From an uncultured Planctomycetota bacterium (GTDB lineage: Bacteria; Planctomycetota; Planctomycetia; Pirellulales; Lacipirellulaceae): 64,000 nt of DNA. Below are positions 32,416 through 43,203 of the stretch, piece by piece. The stretch's first letter is position 1. Every line of letters starts with the position of its first letter. Under the pieces are notes generated by a model. The model ran no database searches, had not been told where the DNA came from, and worked only from the letters and a program-made list of their open reading frames with translations. A program made the position numbers and the translations under genes. Location of the stretch: contig CAVRBU010000002.1 in the NCBI GenBank assembly GCA_963719315.1, positions 1,056,001 to 1,120,000 of the forward strand, written 5' to 3'.

Positions 32416-35400
32416 CTACGCATCGCCGGGCCCCAGGACTTTCCCCATACTACGAACTTGTGCGATGCGGCAGACGGTTTTGAAGTCACACTTGCTAGTG
32501 CAGTCGAGGTCGCGACTGGCAACCGGGAACTCACCCTTCCGAGTGGACCGAACGATCTCGCCGATCCTCTTGATGACTTTGGGCTTCAGATCGTCCCAGC
32601 TTTCCGTGGGCGCGCCGCTCTCCAGCGAGCAATGGAGCGAGAAACGCTTGTCGGTGGTCACACCCCCTTGCATCGACCAATAGCCGGCCCACAGGGGCGT
32701 CGCTTTATCTGGTCCAAAGACCAGCGCTTCGGCGGCCATTACATAGAGCGCCGGCTGCAATCGCTCGCCGGATTCGATCTTGTCGCTCGTGAGCGTCGGT
32801 CGCCGGCCCGATTTGTAATCGATCACGTTGAAGACCGTCGTGTCCCCGGCGCGGCCAACGTCGATCCGGTCAATGCGGCCGGCAACCTCGATCGATTCAC
32901 CGCCGATATCGAGCATGTAGGCCTCATCTATCGAGTGCGGGTCTTCCTCGCCGCGTTCGCCGGAGTGCTTGCGCCCGAATCGAAGCTCGAAGTGAGTTGG
33001 CCGCAACCGCTCGACGAATTGGTCCCATGCGCCGTTGTATTTCTCATGTTGACCGCGATAGAGATCGGTCCACTTGTCGATTTGCCGGCGATCGAGTTCC
33101 AAGAGACGCCCTCGATACCCTCTCTCGGAGTCGCGCCAAATATGGCCTGAAGCTCGTTTTTCAACTCGGCAACGAACCGCGATTCATCGCTCTTCAGGGC
33201 TTCCCACTCGCTGGGCAAACTGCTGAACTTGCGATGGAACGCGGCCAGCACCTGATGCAATAAGCTGCCGCGGCGTGCGAAGTCTGTTTCCAGCACCAAG
33301 TCGCCCAGTGGTTCGAGCTTGAGGACATCTTCGAGATAGAACTTGTAAGGGCAGGCTGCATAGGTTTCGAGCTGGCTCGGGCTCCACGAGTGCTGGCAAC
33401 CGAATCGTTCCGCCAAACGCGCCGCCACGGCCGGGCTCGTGAGCAGCCCTTCGTTCGGGCCGAACTCCTTGCCGTGGGCTCGGGCGTGGACGATCCGCAC
33501 GCCGCCGTCGATCGCCCGGGCGAGTTGTTTGGTTTCGCCGTGCGAAAAGATTCCGGCGAGCAGTCGGCGGTCGCCATCCGTGCGCACTGCCTCGGCCAGT
33601 GCTGCGATCCGCCAATCGGCGACGCAGTAGACGCCGCCTCCGTCGGCGAGTTTCCTTGAAACTCGCAAATTCGCGTCCGCCGAAGCGTTCGCAGCCACGG
33701 GTTGCGGCACCGGCGAAAGCTGCGGCTTGGCACTGGGAATCTTCTTCGCGCTCTCGCAAAACATGCGTTGCAATTCGACCACATACGGGCTCGGCGGCAG
33801 CTCTTGGGCCTTGTCGTCCATCGCCGGGTAGCTGATCGTCAACGTTTCTTGGGCCCGGCTGAGTACTTCGTAGAACAGGAGCATTTCGTCTTGTCCGCGG
33901 GTCGGCGGCGCGAAGCCGGACTCGTCTTGCTGAGCGGCCTGATGCGCGGCGGCCCCTAAGAACTGGTACTCGGCGTCGGTCGCGAGCTGGCCGGAGTGCA
34001 CCGGGGCCGGGAAAGACTGCTCCGACATTCCGGCCAGGTATAAATGCCGGGCGGGCACCGCGCGGGCCGATTGAGCCGAAAGGATGCGGACGCGGCCAAC
34101 GTCGTCGTGCCGTCGATTCAGCGCTTCGTGCGTAGCGACATCCACCAGCAGCGAAAGCAGTTCGCTGCGATTGAGTCTCCGCGGCGGCATCGCAAGCCAA
34201 TCGTCCATGTGCTCCAACGCCGCAAAATGAGCGACGATCGCGTTCCACGCCGCGGAATCCAAATCGTTGAGCGGCAGGCCGAGTTCGGCGCCGAGCCGAG
34301 CCAGTGCCGCGCACCATTCGCTGGGTGTAGCTTCGGGGGGCAATTGGTCGAGAGCGGCGGCAATCTGCGAGAGCGCCGGCAGGGCCGCCGCTGCTGCGGC
34401 GATGCGACGTTGGTGATGCTCGCTGAATTCGTCAATGTCCTTCTGCGGCGCGGCGAGGCCGCCGACGATCTCCAATAGTTTGTCGTGGCCCTTTGCCAGT
34501 TGCAGATCGCGGACCAGCCAGTCGGCCGCCTGCCGCGCCGGGGCTGCGATTGCCGTGAGCGTATTGTTGGTGACGACCGACACGACGCGTCGAAACTGCC
34601 AATCGTCTGCATCCAACTGCAACAGGGCGGTGAGCGTTTTGAACACAGCCGACCGGGCGATCCGCGGGCTGGCCTCCAGCGAATATGGGATGCCGAAGCG
34701 GTCGAAAACGGCTTCGATTCGCGGCGCTACTTCAGCGACCGAGCGAAATACGACGACGATATCGCCAGGCTTGGTTGCTGTTGCCGCCGAACCCTCCCCC
34801 GGCCCTCCCCTAAGAGGGAGGGGAGGTGATGTCAGACTTGCTTTGATGCGGCGGGCGAGTTGGACGATTTCGTCCTGGGTACCCGCCGCTTCAACGATTT
34901 CAATGTCGTCGAGTGATTCAACCACCGCAGCCGGCGGCGATGGTTGTGGATACCGAAAGACGTGTTGCGCCAGATGGTCGAGCGCGGGACTCGCAGCGTG
35001 CCGCGGGGCGACGTGGCAAATCTCAAGCTTCGGATAGAACTGTTTCAACTCCGCTAGCGTCGCCACTGTTTTAGCGAAGAGATCCGCGCGTGCACCAAGT
35101 ACGGACTGGTCGCTTAAGCGACCTGCCCGAAGCGGCGTAGGCGGGGCGTCGGACGGCAGCGAAATCATGAGCCGCCGCGCGCGGCCCGCGAGCAGCCGAA
35201 GGATTTCGTGCTGTATCCGCGTGAAGTCGGTAAAGCCATCGACGACGATCAGTTCGAGATTCGCGAAACGCGGGCATGCTCCGTCGGCGAGCGCGTCTCG
35301 TGCGGCCCAGTGGAGGCCTTCCTCGTCGGCCAGCCCGTGCGACGTGCGTTGCCGCTCGTAACCGGCGTAGAGCCGGGCCAGTTCTTGCTGCGGTTGCGAT

Positions 35401-35861
35401 TGGCCGCGGTTGGCGACGATGCGCGAGTACGCCTCGGGTCGAATATCGCGGCGTTTGAGTTCGCGGATATGTTCGGCGAGCAGGTCGACGAACCCCGCTC
35501 GGCCCGCGGCCTCGGCATAAAACTCCAACCCACCCGCCGCCAAGCTCGCGGCAATCACGCGCCGCAGCAATTCGCGCTCGAGCACAGGCGAGATGGGTCG
35601 CATTTTGAGTTTCGACGCAGCCACAATCAGTTTGGCCAATTCGTCGAACGTCAGCACACCAGGGCCGAGGCAGGCCGCCGTGCCGCGGGCGATAATTTCG
35701 TCCCGAACGGCGGCTGCCGCCCGAGAACTGGGGGCGAGCCAAAGAAGGCGTTGAAGGGAATCGGCCCGTTCCCTGGTCAGGGCGTCGTGGTAGCGGCCCA
35801 CAAGCTCGTGCGTCTTCCCCGCGCGAGCCGGCCCCAACACGACGATAACTTCGGCACCCAC
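32416..35861 (-). CDS. addB: AddB-like nuclease subunit, apparent frameshift near 33105
   Basis: GTG start, GPARAGKT, VDGFTDFT, SPSQLETYAACPY, GRIDRID, IDYKSG and C-terminal CxxxCxFxxxC (Fe-S staple). Confidence 0.85.
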
Positions 35862-36127
35862 AAGAATCCTGGAGCAGGGAGCAAAGAGCGGGGAGAGGCG
35901 AGTTGCCGGGCGAACAGCGTGGCCAGGCAGCCAATAAGGAATTCTGGCCCTCAGCAGAGCAGCGTCAAGACGCGGAGGGTGGGTCGAGTCCGCGAGACCC
36001 ACCGCCTTTGCATTGCGACGACGCCCAGGTCCCGCTCGGCTTGTAGGTCCCTTCTGCCGGAAGGGACCTGTGTGAATCATCGAACTTTGCAGTGACTCCC
36101 AGGTCCCGCTCGGCAAGCGGGACCTAC
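35861..36127. repeat. Composite repeat cluster: GGAGCAG heptamers, a GGTGGGTC..GACCCACC hairpin, and partial plus complete GTAG-REP pair
   Basis: ggagcagggagcaaagagcggggagagg (35871-35898); hairpin 35978-36003; GTAGgtcccttctgccggaagggacct ... aggtcccgctcggcaagcgggacCTAC (36043-36127). Confidence 0.85.
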
Positions 36128-36157
36128 CTTTGAGCCAAAAGCCTGGATTTATTTCAT

Positions 36158-36187
36158 TTGACAGCACTGCCCCCCAGAGAATAGACT
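36158..36187 (+). promoter_or_regulatory. Sigma70-like promoter of the DUF1559 gene
   Basis: TTGACA-N18-TAGACT. Confidence 0.6.
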
Positions 36188-36360
36188 CCTAATATAAACT
36201 TGGCCGGTGCTCTAGCCGCGCCGCGTGCTCGGCAGGGTGCTAGCTTGGGGTTTTTGGGGTGACGTTGGGCGGAATTCGTAGGAAAACGCGTCGGTCGATC
36301 GGCCGGCGATTTTCTGTTTCATCTTTTTTTTCTGTTTCATCTTTTTCTAAGGAGGTTGGT

Positions 36361-37584
36361 ATGGATGCGAAACGCAGTAGGACGGACAACCCTGTCCGTC
36401 GGCGACGATGGGGGTTCACCCTCGTCGAATTGCTGGTGGTCATCGCGATCATCGGCATCTTGGTAGCGCTCTTGCTGCCGGCGGTTCAGGCAGCCCGTGA
36501 AGCGGCCCGACGCAATCAGTGCTTGAACAACTTCAAGCAGTTGCTCCTCGCGCTTCAGAATCACCACGATACGCGGAAGACGCTGCCGTTGGCTTCGACG
36601 GCGCCGATCGCCCCGACCGTTACGAAGTACGGCGAGTTGGGCACGGCATCGCCCAGCGCGACATCGCCCACGAATTACACGGCCGGTCAAGACGGCGACG
36701 GCTATAGCTGGATCGTGCAAATCCTGCCGTTCATGGAAGAGGGCGTGATTTACGACAAGCTCAATCAATCCCAAACCACGCCGGTCGTCCGCTATGGAAA
36801 GCTGGCGGATGCGGCATTTGCCCCCTCAAGCAATCAAAACCTGCTCACCAATGCGTCGACCACCAGTCCGTATTTCTGGTCGACCAAGGTCTCTGGCTTT
36901 CAATGCCCGAGCTTTCCCGGCGACGAAGAAGTCGCCAAATTCGGTGATATTCCCAGCACGGCTGGCTTGAAAGTGGCCTCGGGCAACTATGTGGCCCTGT
37001 CCGCGACGCACTATCGAAAGAGTCCGACAAACCATTTGGAGAGCGGTCTGCCGACCTCCGCGGCGGGCGGCGGCAAGGACTGCGGCAGCGGCGCGTACTG
37101 CGGCAACGGCGGTCTGCCGTTCCCGGGCATCATCGGCGGCAAGGTCCAGAAGACGGGCCTGGGCTTCCAGAGCCTGTCGGACGGCACGTCGAAAGTCGCC
37201 CTGATTACCGAAAGTCGCGAAGAAACCTTGACTTCCTGGTACAGCGGTTTGGCATCGTACGTGGTTGCGGCCTGGCCGGAGCCAAACGGCGCCACACCCA
37301 TCGGTAAAGTCGGTAGTTCGACCGGCACTTACTATTGGTCGTGCAACGGCGTCGCCAAGTGCGACACGGCGCTCAACAAAGGTGATACCAAGAACGTAGC
37401 CACGAAGTATTACTTGTCGACCAACCCCCACGGCACCGTCCCTCGCATCTGGGGGCCGAGCAGCCGGCATCCGAGCGTCGTACTCCACGGCTATGCCGAC
37501 GGCCACTCGGAAGGTGTCAACGACAACATCGAGGCGGATGTCTATCTACACCTCGCGACCCGCAACGGCCGCGAAGTCGATTGA
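36361..37584 (+). CDS. DUF1559 prepilin-like protein (N-methylation motif, H-X9-DG)
   Basis: [56 protein letters not shown]. Confidence 0.95.
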   Translation: MDAKRSRTDNPVRRRRWGFTLVELLVVIAIIGILVALLLPAVQAAREAARRNQCLNNFKQLLLALQNHHDTRKTLPLASTAPIAPTVTKYGELGTASPSATSPTNYTAGQDGDGYSWIVQILPFMEEGVIYDKLNQSQTTPVVRYGKLADAAFAPSSNQNLLTNASTTSPYFWSTKVSGFQCPSFPGDEEVAKFGDIPSTAGLKVASGNYVALSATHYRKSPTNHLESGLPTSAAGGGKDCGSGAYCGNGGLPFPGIIGGKVQKTGLGFQSLSDGTSKVALITESREETLTSWYSGLASYVVAAWPEPNGATPIGKVGSSTGTYYWSCNGVAKCDTALNKGDTKNVATKYYLSTNPHGTVPRIWGPSSRHPSVVLHGYADGHSEGVNDNIEADVYLHLATRNGREVD

Positions 37585-37624
37585 GCCGCAATCGCGGTTG
37601 TCGAACAATCTGAAACAACGAGAC

Positions 37625-37664
37625 ACCGCCGCGGTGGAGCAATCCACCACGGCGGTTTTTGTTT
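37625..37664 (+). terminator. Intrinsic terminator
   Basis: accgccgcggtgga-GCAA-tccaccacggcggt followed by a T-rich tract. Confidence 0.85.
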
Positions 37665-37676
37665 ATTGGATAGTAA

Positions 37677-37742
37677 TCCGTTGTCCGTAGTCCGTTGCAT
37701 GGGAGCTTCTTAATGAATGCAACGGGCTACGGACCACCGGAC
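37677..37742. repeat. Inverted heptamer pair (GTCCGT(T/A) / CGGACCA)
   Basis: tccgttgtccgtagtccgttgca ... tgcaacgggctacggaccaccgga. Confidence 0.8.
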
Positions 37743-37803
37743 ATTCTGTTGAGCCGCTTGGCTCCGCAGGCACCATAATGCTACAATGACACTTCACACC
37801 GTT

Positions 37804-37887
37804 GCCGCTGTGGCGGAATTGGCAGACGCGCATGGTTCAGGTCCATGTTCACGCAAGTGAGTGGGGGTTCAACTCCCTCCAGCGGCA
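37804..37887 (+). tRNA. tRNA-Leu(CAG), CCA end not encoded
   Basis: Acceptor GCCGCTG/CAGCGGC plus discriminator A, D arm GGCGGAATTGGCAGACGC, anticodon arm CATGG-TTCAGGT-CCATG, long variable arm, GTTCAACTC T-loop. Confidence 0.96.
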
Positions 37888-37895
37888 CTTTTGGG

Positions 37896-37980
37896 TTGCG
37901 GATTTGGGATTTCGGAGTGCGGATTCAAACAACGAGTACATCATGCCCCTGACAATCCGCAATCCGCAATCCGCAATCCG
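37896..37980. repeat. Inverted heptamer pair (TTGCGGA-like / TCCGCAA); the right arm lies inside the sulfatase 5' end
   Basis: ttgcggatttgggatttcggagtgcggatt ... aatccgcaatccgcaatccgcaatccg. Confidence 0.9.
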
Positions 37981-39496
37981 ATATTTGCTCCTATTGGCGT
38001 TGGCATTGCACTGCCTGGCCACGTTTTCGCACGCGCGGGCCGCCGACCGGCCCAACATACTGTTCATCATGAGCGATGATCATGCCTTTCAGGCGATCAG
38101 CGCGTACGATGGCACTCGGAATCGCACTCCCAACATCGACCGCATCGCGCACGAGGGCATGCGGTTCGACCGCTGCTACGTGACCAATTCGCTCTGCGGG
38201 CCGAGCCGGGCCTGCATCCTCACCGGCAAGTACAGCCATAAGAATGGCTTCTACGACAACACCCACAGTACGTTCGACGGCAGCCAGGTGACATTCCCCA
38301 AGCTGCTGCGGCAGGCCGGGTATCAAACGGCGATCGTCGGGAAGTGGCACCTCGTGAGCGAGCCGACGGGGTTCGACTACTGGAACATCCTGCCCGGACA
38401 GGGCCAATACTATCGGCCCGATTTTATCTCGGCAGCGGGTAAAAGCTCGGTGCCGGGCTACGTCACCGAGGTGATCACGGATAAAGCGCTCGATTGGCTC
38501 GAGCACAAGCGCGATCCGCAGCGGCCGTTTGCCCTGATGGTGCAGCACAAGGCGCCCCACCGCCCCTGGCAGCCTGCGGCCGAAAAGCTCGCCGATCGGG
38601 AGGGCGAGAAGATCCCCGAGCCGCCGACATTGTTCGACGACTATGCCCATCGCGGCACGGCCGCTCACAAAGCCGACATGCGGATCGGCCAGATGAGACC
38701 GGAAAGCGACGTAAAGCTGTGGAAAGAAGCGAGCCCGGAGCGAAAGTTCGTCTTGAACCGCATGAGCGACTCGGATCGAGCGGCGTGGGAAAAGCTCGTC
38801 GACCCGCGGCTGCCAAAGTTTCAAGCCGCCAACCCGCGGGGCGACGACCGCACGCGGTGGTTCTATCAACTCTACATGAAGGATTATTTGCGCTGCATCG
38901 CGTCGGTCGACGACAGCGTCGGCCGACTGCTCAGGTACCTCGACGACAGCGGTCTGGCAAAAGACACGATCGTGGTTTACACGAGCGACCAGGGTTTTTA
39001 CCTGGGCGAGCACGGCTGGTTCGACAAGCGATTCATGTACGAAGAATCGCTGCGAACGCCGCTGGTGGTCCGCTGGCCCGGCGTTATCAAGCCGGGAAGC
39101 GTCGAGGCGGCGCACATCGTCTCGAATCTCGACTTCGCACCGACGTTTCTCGCGGCCGCCGGCGTCGCCGTGCCGGCCAATATGCAAGGACAGAGCTTCG
39201 TGCCCATCCTACATGGCCAGGCGCCGGCGGACTGGCGAAAGACTTTTTATTATCACTTTTATGAGGATAAAGACGCCGATCATCACGTTGCGAAGCACGA
39301 AGGCGTCACGAACGGCAAGGCGAAACTCATTCACTTCTATACGCTCGGCGAATGGGAGCTGTACGATCTCGAAAAAGATCCGCACGAGCTCGTGAGCGTG
39401 TATGGCCGGCCCGAATACGCGAAGGTGCAGGCCGATCTGACCGCGGAACTCGCCCGCCTCCGATCAGAACTGCAAGTGCCGCCGAACGCGCCTTGA
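37943..39496 (+). CDS. Cys-type (formylglycine) sulfatase
   Basis: Signal peptide, RPNILFIMSDDH, CGPSRACILTG, GKWH, YTSDQG. Confidence 0.95.
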   Translation: MPLTIRNPQSAIRYLLLLALALHCLATFSHARAADRPNILFIMSDDHAFQAISAYDGTRNRTPNIDRIAHEGMRFDRCYVTNSLCGPSRACILTGKYSHKNGFYDNTHSTFDGSQVTFPKLLRQAGYQTAIVGKWHLVSEPTGFDYWNILPGQGQYYRPDFISAAGKSSVPGYVTEVITDKALDWLEHKRDPQRPFALMVQHKAPHRPWQPAAEKLADREGEKIPEPPTLFDDYAHRGTAAHKADMRIGQMRPESDVKLWKEASPERKFVLNRMSDSDRAAWEKLVDPRLPKFQAANPRGDDRTRWFYQLYMKDYLRCIASVDDSVGRLLRYLDDSGLAKDTIVVYTSDQGFYLGEHGWFDKRFMYEESLRTPLVVRWPGVIKPGSVEAAHIVSNLDFAPTFLAAAGVAVPANMQGQSFVPILHGQAPADWRKTFYYHFYEDKDADHHVAKHEGVTNGKAKLIHFYTLGEWELYDLEKDPHELVSVYGRPEYAKVQADLTAELARLRSELQVPPNAP

Positions 39497-39547
39497 TGTT
39501 CTTCACTTGGTGGTGTCCTAATTTGGCACCGATCGGACCGGAACTAT

Positions 39548-39598
39548 GTAGCACGGACTTCAGTCCGTACGAGAATCACGGACTGAAGTCCGTGCCAC
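39548..39598. repeat. GTAG-type REP pair
   Basis: GTAGcacggacttcagtccgt ... acggactgaagtccgtgCCAC. Confidence 0.85.
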
Positions 39599-39680
39599 AA
39601 GCTTGTTGTGCCGCAAATTAGGACACTACCCTTCTCTTCGCGCCTTTGCGTGAGACAATCCGTTGCAATAAACTGAGGCT

Positions 39681-40742
39681 GTGAAGAGTCCATCGTATCC
39701 CCCGAAAATCGGCAAGCGCGCGCTCGTGACGGGCATCACGGGCCAGGACGGTTCGTACCTGGCCGAATTGCTGCTGGCCAAGGGGTACGAAGTGTACGGC
39801 ATGGTCCGGCGCACGTCGTCATTCAACACCGGCCGCATCGAGCATATTTATCAGGACCCGCACGACGACGACGTGCGGCTGCAACTGGTCTACGGCGACT
39901 TGGCCGATGGCTCGTCGCTGGACCAGCTCGTGAAGACGATCCGTCCGGATGAGATTTACAACCTTGGTGCGCAGTCGCACGTGCGCGTCAGCTTCGATAT
40001 TCCGGAATACACGTCCGAAATCACGGGGCTTGGCTGCATCCGCCTGCTGGAAGCGATTCGCGAATCAGACCTGGCCTGCCGCTTCTATCAGGCGTCCTCC
40101 TCCGAAATGTACGGCAAAGCGGTCGAGACGCCGCAAACGGAGAAAACGCCGCTCTATCCCCGCAGCCCGTACGCCTGCGCCAAGGCGTTCGCCTTCGGGG
40201 CGACGCGCAACTATCGCGAGTCGTACGGCATTTTCGCGGTGAACGGAATCATGTTCAACCACGAATCGCCGCGGCGCGGCGAGACGTTTGTCACGCGGAA
40301 GATCACCCGCGCCGCCGCTCGCATTCGGGCCAGGTTGCAGGAATGTCTCTATCTGGGCAATCTGTCGGCAAAGCGCGATTGGGGCTACGCCGGAGATTAC
40401 GTCCAGGCGATGTGGCTCATGCTGCAAGCGCCCCAGGCGGACGACTATGTGATCGCCACGGGCGAGGTCCATTCGGTCCGCGAGTTTTGCGAACTGGCGT
40501 TCGATCTGGTCGGTTTGCCGATCGCCTGGCGCGGCACGGCCGTGGAGGAGGAGGGTGTCGATGTCGAGGGATGCGTGCGAGTACGCATCGATCCGCGCTA
40601 TTTCCGGCCGGCCGAAGTGGACATCATGCAAGGCGACGCCAGCTACGCGCAAGAGAAGCTCGGCTGGAAGCCCACGGTCACGTTTGCAGAGCTCGTGCGG
40701 CTAATGGTCGAAGCCGACGTAGCGACCATCGGTAGTCGGTAG
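39681..40742 (+). CDS. gmd: GDP-mannose 4,6-dehydratase
   Basis: [49 protein letters not shown]. Confidence 0.97.
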   Translation: MKSPSYPPKIGKRALVTGITGQDGSYLAELLLAKGYEVYGMVRRTSSFNTGRIEHIYQDPHDDDVRLQLVYGDLADGSSLDQLVKTIRPDEIYNLGAQSHVRVSFDIPEYTSEITGLGCIRLLEAIRESDLACRFYQASSSEMYGKAVETPQTEKTPLYPRSPYACAKAFAFGATRNYRESYGIFAVNGIMFNHESPRRGETFVTRKITRAAARIRARLQECLYLGNLSAKRDWGYAGDYVQAMWLMLQAPQADDYVIATGEVHSVREFCELAFDLVGLPIAWRGTAVEEEGVDVEGCVRVRIDPRYFRPAEVDIMQGDASYAQEKLGWKPTVTFAELVRLMVEADVATIGSR

Positions 40743-40763
40743 CTCAGGCCGTGCCTAACGCCT

Positions 40764-40816
40764 ATAGGGTGGCCACTGCCCACCGCGTTTTCGCTGGTCG
40801 GCGGTGCCCACCTTAC
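40764..40816. repeat. Degenerate REP pair (TAGGGTGG..CCCACC family)
   Basis: tagggtggccactgcccacc ... ggtcggcggtgcccaccttac. Confidence 0.7.
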
Positions 40817-40847
40817 GGGTAGGACCTGATCAATGACTTGCGACGCA

Positions 40848-41645
40848 TCATCTCAGCAGGCTGCGGGCCAAATGTGCGCCGATGCGCTGTAACACTTCCG
40901 GCTCATCCGGGTCGGTTATTGCGGGCGTCGTTTTCGGGCAACCGCTCCTTGCCAAGGCCGGCGCGGTGGCGGGCAACTCGGCAATGAAACGATGGTCTGC
41001 GGGGATCTGCGAGAGTTCTTCGGCCGACTGCACAAAGTTTTGCGGAGCAATCAGATTTAGCGGCACATTGTTCTGCGGGGCCATCAGCGTCGGCGGCACG
41101 CCGTCATCAAACGACTGATCGCTAATCATCGCTCCTTCGTAAGCTGCCGCTGGCGACGCGAAGCACGCTTGCCGAACCGTCGATTCCTCCGGCTGTGACC
41201 AATTCGCGTTGTACTGTTCGTCGGACGTAACTGGCGGATTCGTTATTTCAGGCATGAATTCAGCAGCGTTTTCTCCGCCAGCATGCTTGCCGATCGGTTC
41301 TGCTTCCGGAGGAAAGATGACCTCCCTCGGCTTTCGCACGGCAACTTTGCGGAATGGATTCACGACTTCGTCGTCGGATTCCGTTACCGCGAAAGGAACG
41401 GCGGGCGTGATGGGCTGCTCCGTCGTGGGCGGCGTTTCGTTTGTGCACGGCGTTTCACTTGTACACGGCGTTTCACTTGTGCACTGTGGCCCGGTCGGGC
41501 AAACGCAATCGGCTTTCTGGCTTGCATTGCAGCAAATCTGGCCGGACTCCTTTGAACAACTGCTTCCGTTGGGCAGCACGATGACCTCGCAGCGACAACC
41601 CGCGAGGATGCCGACAAACGGCAACGCCATCAGCAGCCAGCGCAT
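40848..41645 (-). CDS. Hypothetical lipoprotein with Cys-rich N-terminus
   Basis: MRWLLMALPFVGILAGC lipobox and CT(S/N)ETP x3 tandem repeat. Start uncertain. Confidence 0.65.
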   Translation of the reverse strand: MRWLLMALPFVGILAGCRCEVIVLPNGSSCSKESGQICCNASQKADCVCPTGPQCTSETPCTSETPCTNETPPTTEQPITPAVPFAVTESDDEVVNPFRKVAVRKPREVIFPPEAEPIGKHAGGENAAEFMPEITNPPVTSDEQYNANWSQPEESTVRQACFASPAAAYEGAMISDQSFDDGVPPTLMAPQNNVPLNLIAPQNFVQSAEELSQIPADHRFIAELPATAPALARSGCPKTTPAITDPDEPEVLQRIGAHLARSLLR

Positions 41646-41832
41646 GTTGTGGGACGTAAATGCCATGTGCATCGAAGCGTTGCTAAAACTGCCAATAAGG
41701 ACCGGCAAAACTACAGCGCGCGCAAATCCACGGAGTCGCCTCGTTCCAAATATCGGCAGAATCGACCCAATCCCTAAACCTTAACATTGCCGTGAATTCG
41801 GCGGGAAGCGAGCAGCCGGCTTTGTCTCAGAA

Positions 41833-41911
41833 GTAGGTCCCGCTTGCCGAGCGGGACCTTGGCGTCGTCGCAATGTTAATAGAAGGGTTCCTTCCGGCAG
41901 AAGGGACCTAC
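41833..41911. repeat. GTAG-type REP pair, inverted copy of 36043-36127
   Basis: GTAGgtcccgcttgccgagcgggacct ... gggttccttccggcagaagggacCTAC. Confidence 0.88.
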
Positions 41912-41980
41912 CAGGATTCTTGAGGCAATAGCAAGCAAGTAGCTGGCGATGCAGTCACTGATGTCGCTGGAGCCGATCCA

Positions 41981-43186
41981 TCAGCGATCGATCTCGCCCA
42001 TCACGATATCCAACGAGCCAACAATCGCTGGCACGTCGGCAATGAGGCATCCGCGGCACAGCGCGTTGGTGACCGAGAGATTGCAGAAGCTGCTGCTGCG
42101 GGCGCGAACTCGCCACGGGATCGAGTCGCCGGAGCTAACCAGGTAAAAGCCCATCTGGCCTTTGGGCGCTTCCGTTTCCAAGTAACATTCGCCCTTGGGC
42201 AGTTTCTGTGCGAGCTTCATCGGCTCGCCGAAGCTGCCAGTCGAAGTGCTGTAGCGATCGATCGCCTGCCGGCACAAATCAACGCTCTGCACGACTTCCA
42301 ACATCCGCACGTAGAAACGATGCCAACAATCGCCGATCATGACCTCGTGCGGCACCGGCGGGTACTCGTGATCGCGCGGATAGTGGCCGTTGCGCTCACA
42401 GACGACCTCGAACGCGTAGCCATCGTACATCGCCGTGTAGATTTCTTCGCCGTCGCGGCGCATGTCGTGGTCGATGCCGCTGCCGCGGAGGACCGGGCCG
42501 CTGGTGCCGAAGTCGATCGCCATCTCGGGCGACAGCAAGCCGATTCCGGCGGTGCGCTTGACGAAGATCGAATTCGTCGTGAGCAGCGTGTGGTATTCGT
42601 CGATGATCGGCATGAATTGATCGAGGAACGTCTCGCACTTGTGCAGCCAGCCGCGTGGCAGGTCAGCGGTGGCGCCACCGGGGGTGAGGTAGCTGTACGT
42701 TAGCCGCGCGCCGCAGGCCTCCTCGAACAAATCCAGGATTCGCTCGCGCTCGCGGAAGGCGTACAAAAACGGGCTAAACGTGCCAAGGTCCAGACCGTAC
42801 GCGCCCATGCCGACTAAATGGCTGGCGATACGATTCAGTTCGCAGATCAGCACCCGCAGATGCCGGCCGCGCTCTGGCACGCGGTACCCCATCAGCTTCT
42901 CGACGCATAGTGACCAGCCGAGATTCATGTTCATTCCTGCCAGATAATCCATCCGATCGGTGTACGGAATCCACTGTCGCGGCGTGAGGTTCTCGCCGAT
43001 CTTTTCCGCGCAGCGGTGCAGGTAGCCAATGTGCGGTACGACCTCGGAAACGACCTCGCCATCGGTCCGCAGCACTAATCGCAACACGCCATGCGTGCTC
43101 GGATGCTGTGGGCCCATATTGACGAGCATCTCGTCCGTCCGGACGTCGAACTCGATGATGCGGGGGTCTTCTATCGTTGCGCTCAT
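41981..43186 (-). CDS. nuoD: NADH-quinone oxidoreductase subunit D
   Basis: NMGPQHPSTHGVLR, GYLHR, DRMDY, EAPKG, DIVMGEIDR. Confidence 0.96.
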   Translation of the reverse strand: MSATIEDPRIIEFDVRTDEMLVNMGPQHPSTHGVLRLVLRTDGEVVSEVVPHIGYLHRCAEKIGENLTPRQWIPYTDRMDYLAGMNMNLGWSLCVEKLMGYRVPERGRHLRVLICELNRIASHLVGMGAYGLDLGTFSPFLYAFRERERILDLFEEACGARLTYSYLTPGGATADLPRGWLHKCETFLDQFMPIIDEYHTLLTTNSIFVKRTAGIGLLSPEMAIDFGTSGPVLRGSGIDHDMRRDGEEIYTAMYDGYAFEVVCERNGHYPRDHEYPPVPHEVMIGDCWHRFYVRMLEVVQSVDLCRQAIDRYSTSTGSFGEPMKLAQKLPKGECYLETEAPKGQMGFYLVSSGDSIPWRVRARSSSFCNLSVTNALCRGCLIADVPAIVGSLDIVMGEIDR

Positions 43187-43203
43187 AGTTACGAAATCCG
43201 AGT

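Noticed and set aside
37804..37887. tRNA-Leu as an integration site
   Set aside because: No integrase nearby and no duplicate of its 3' end in the window.
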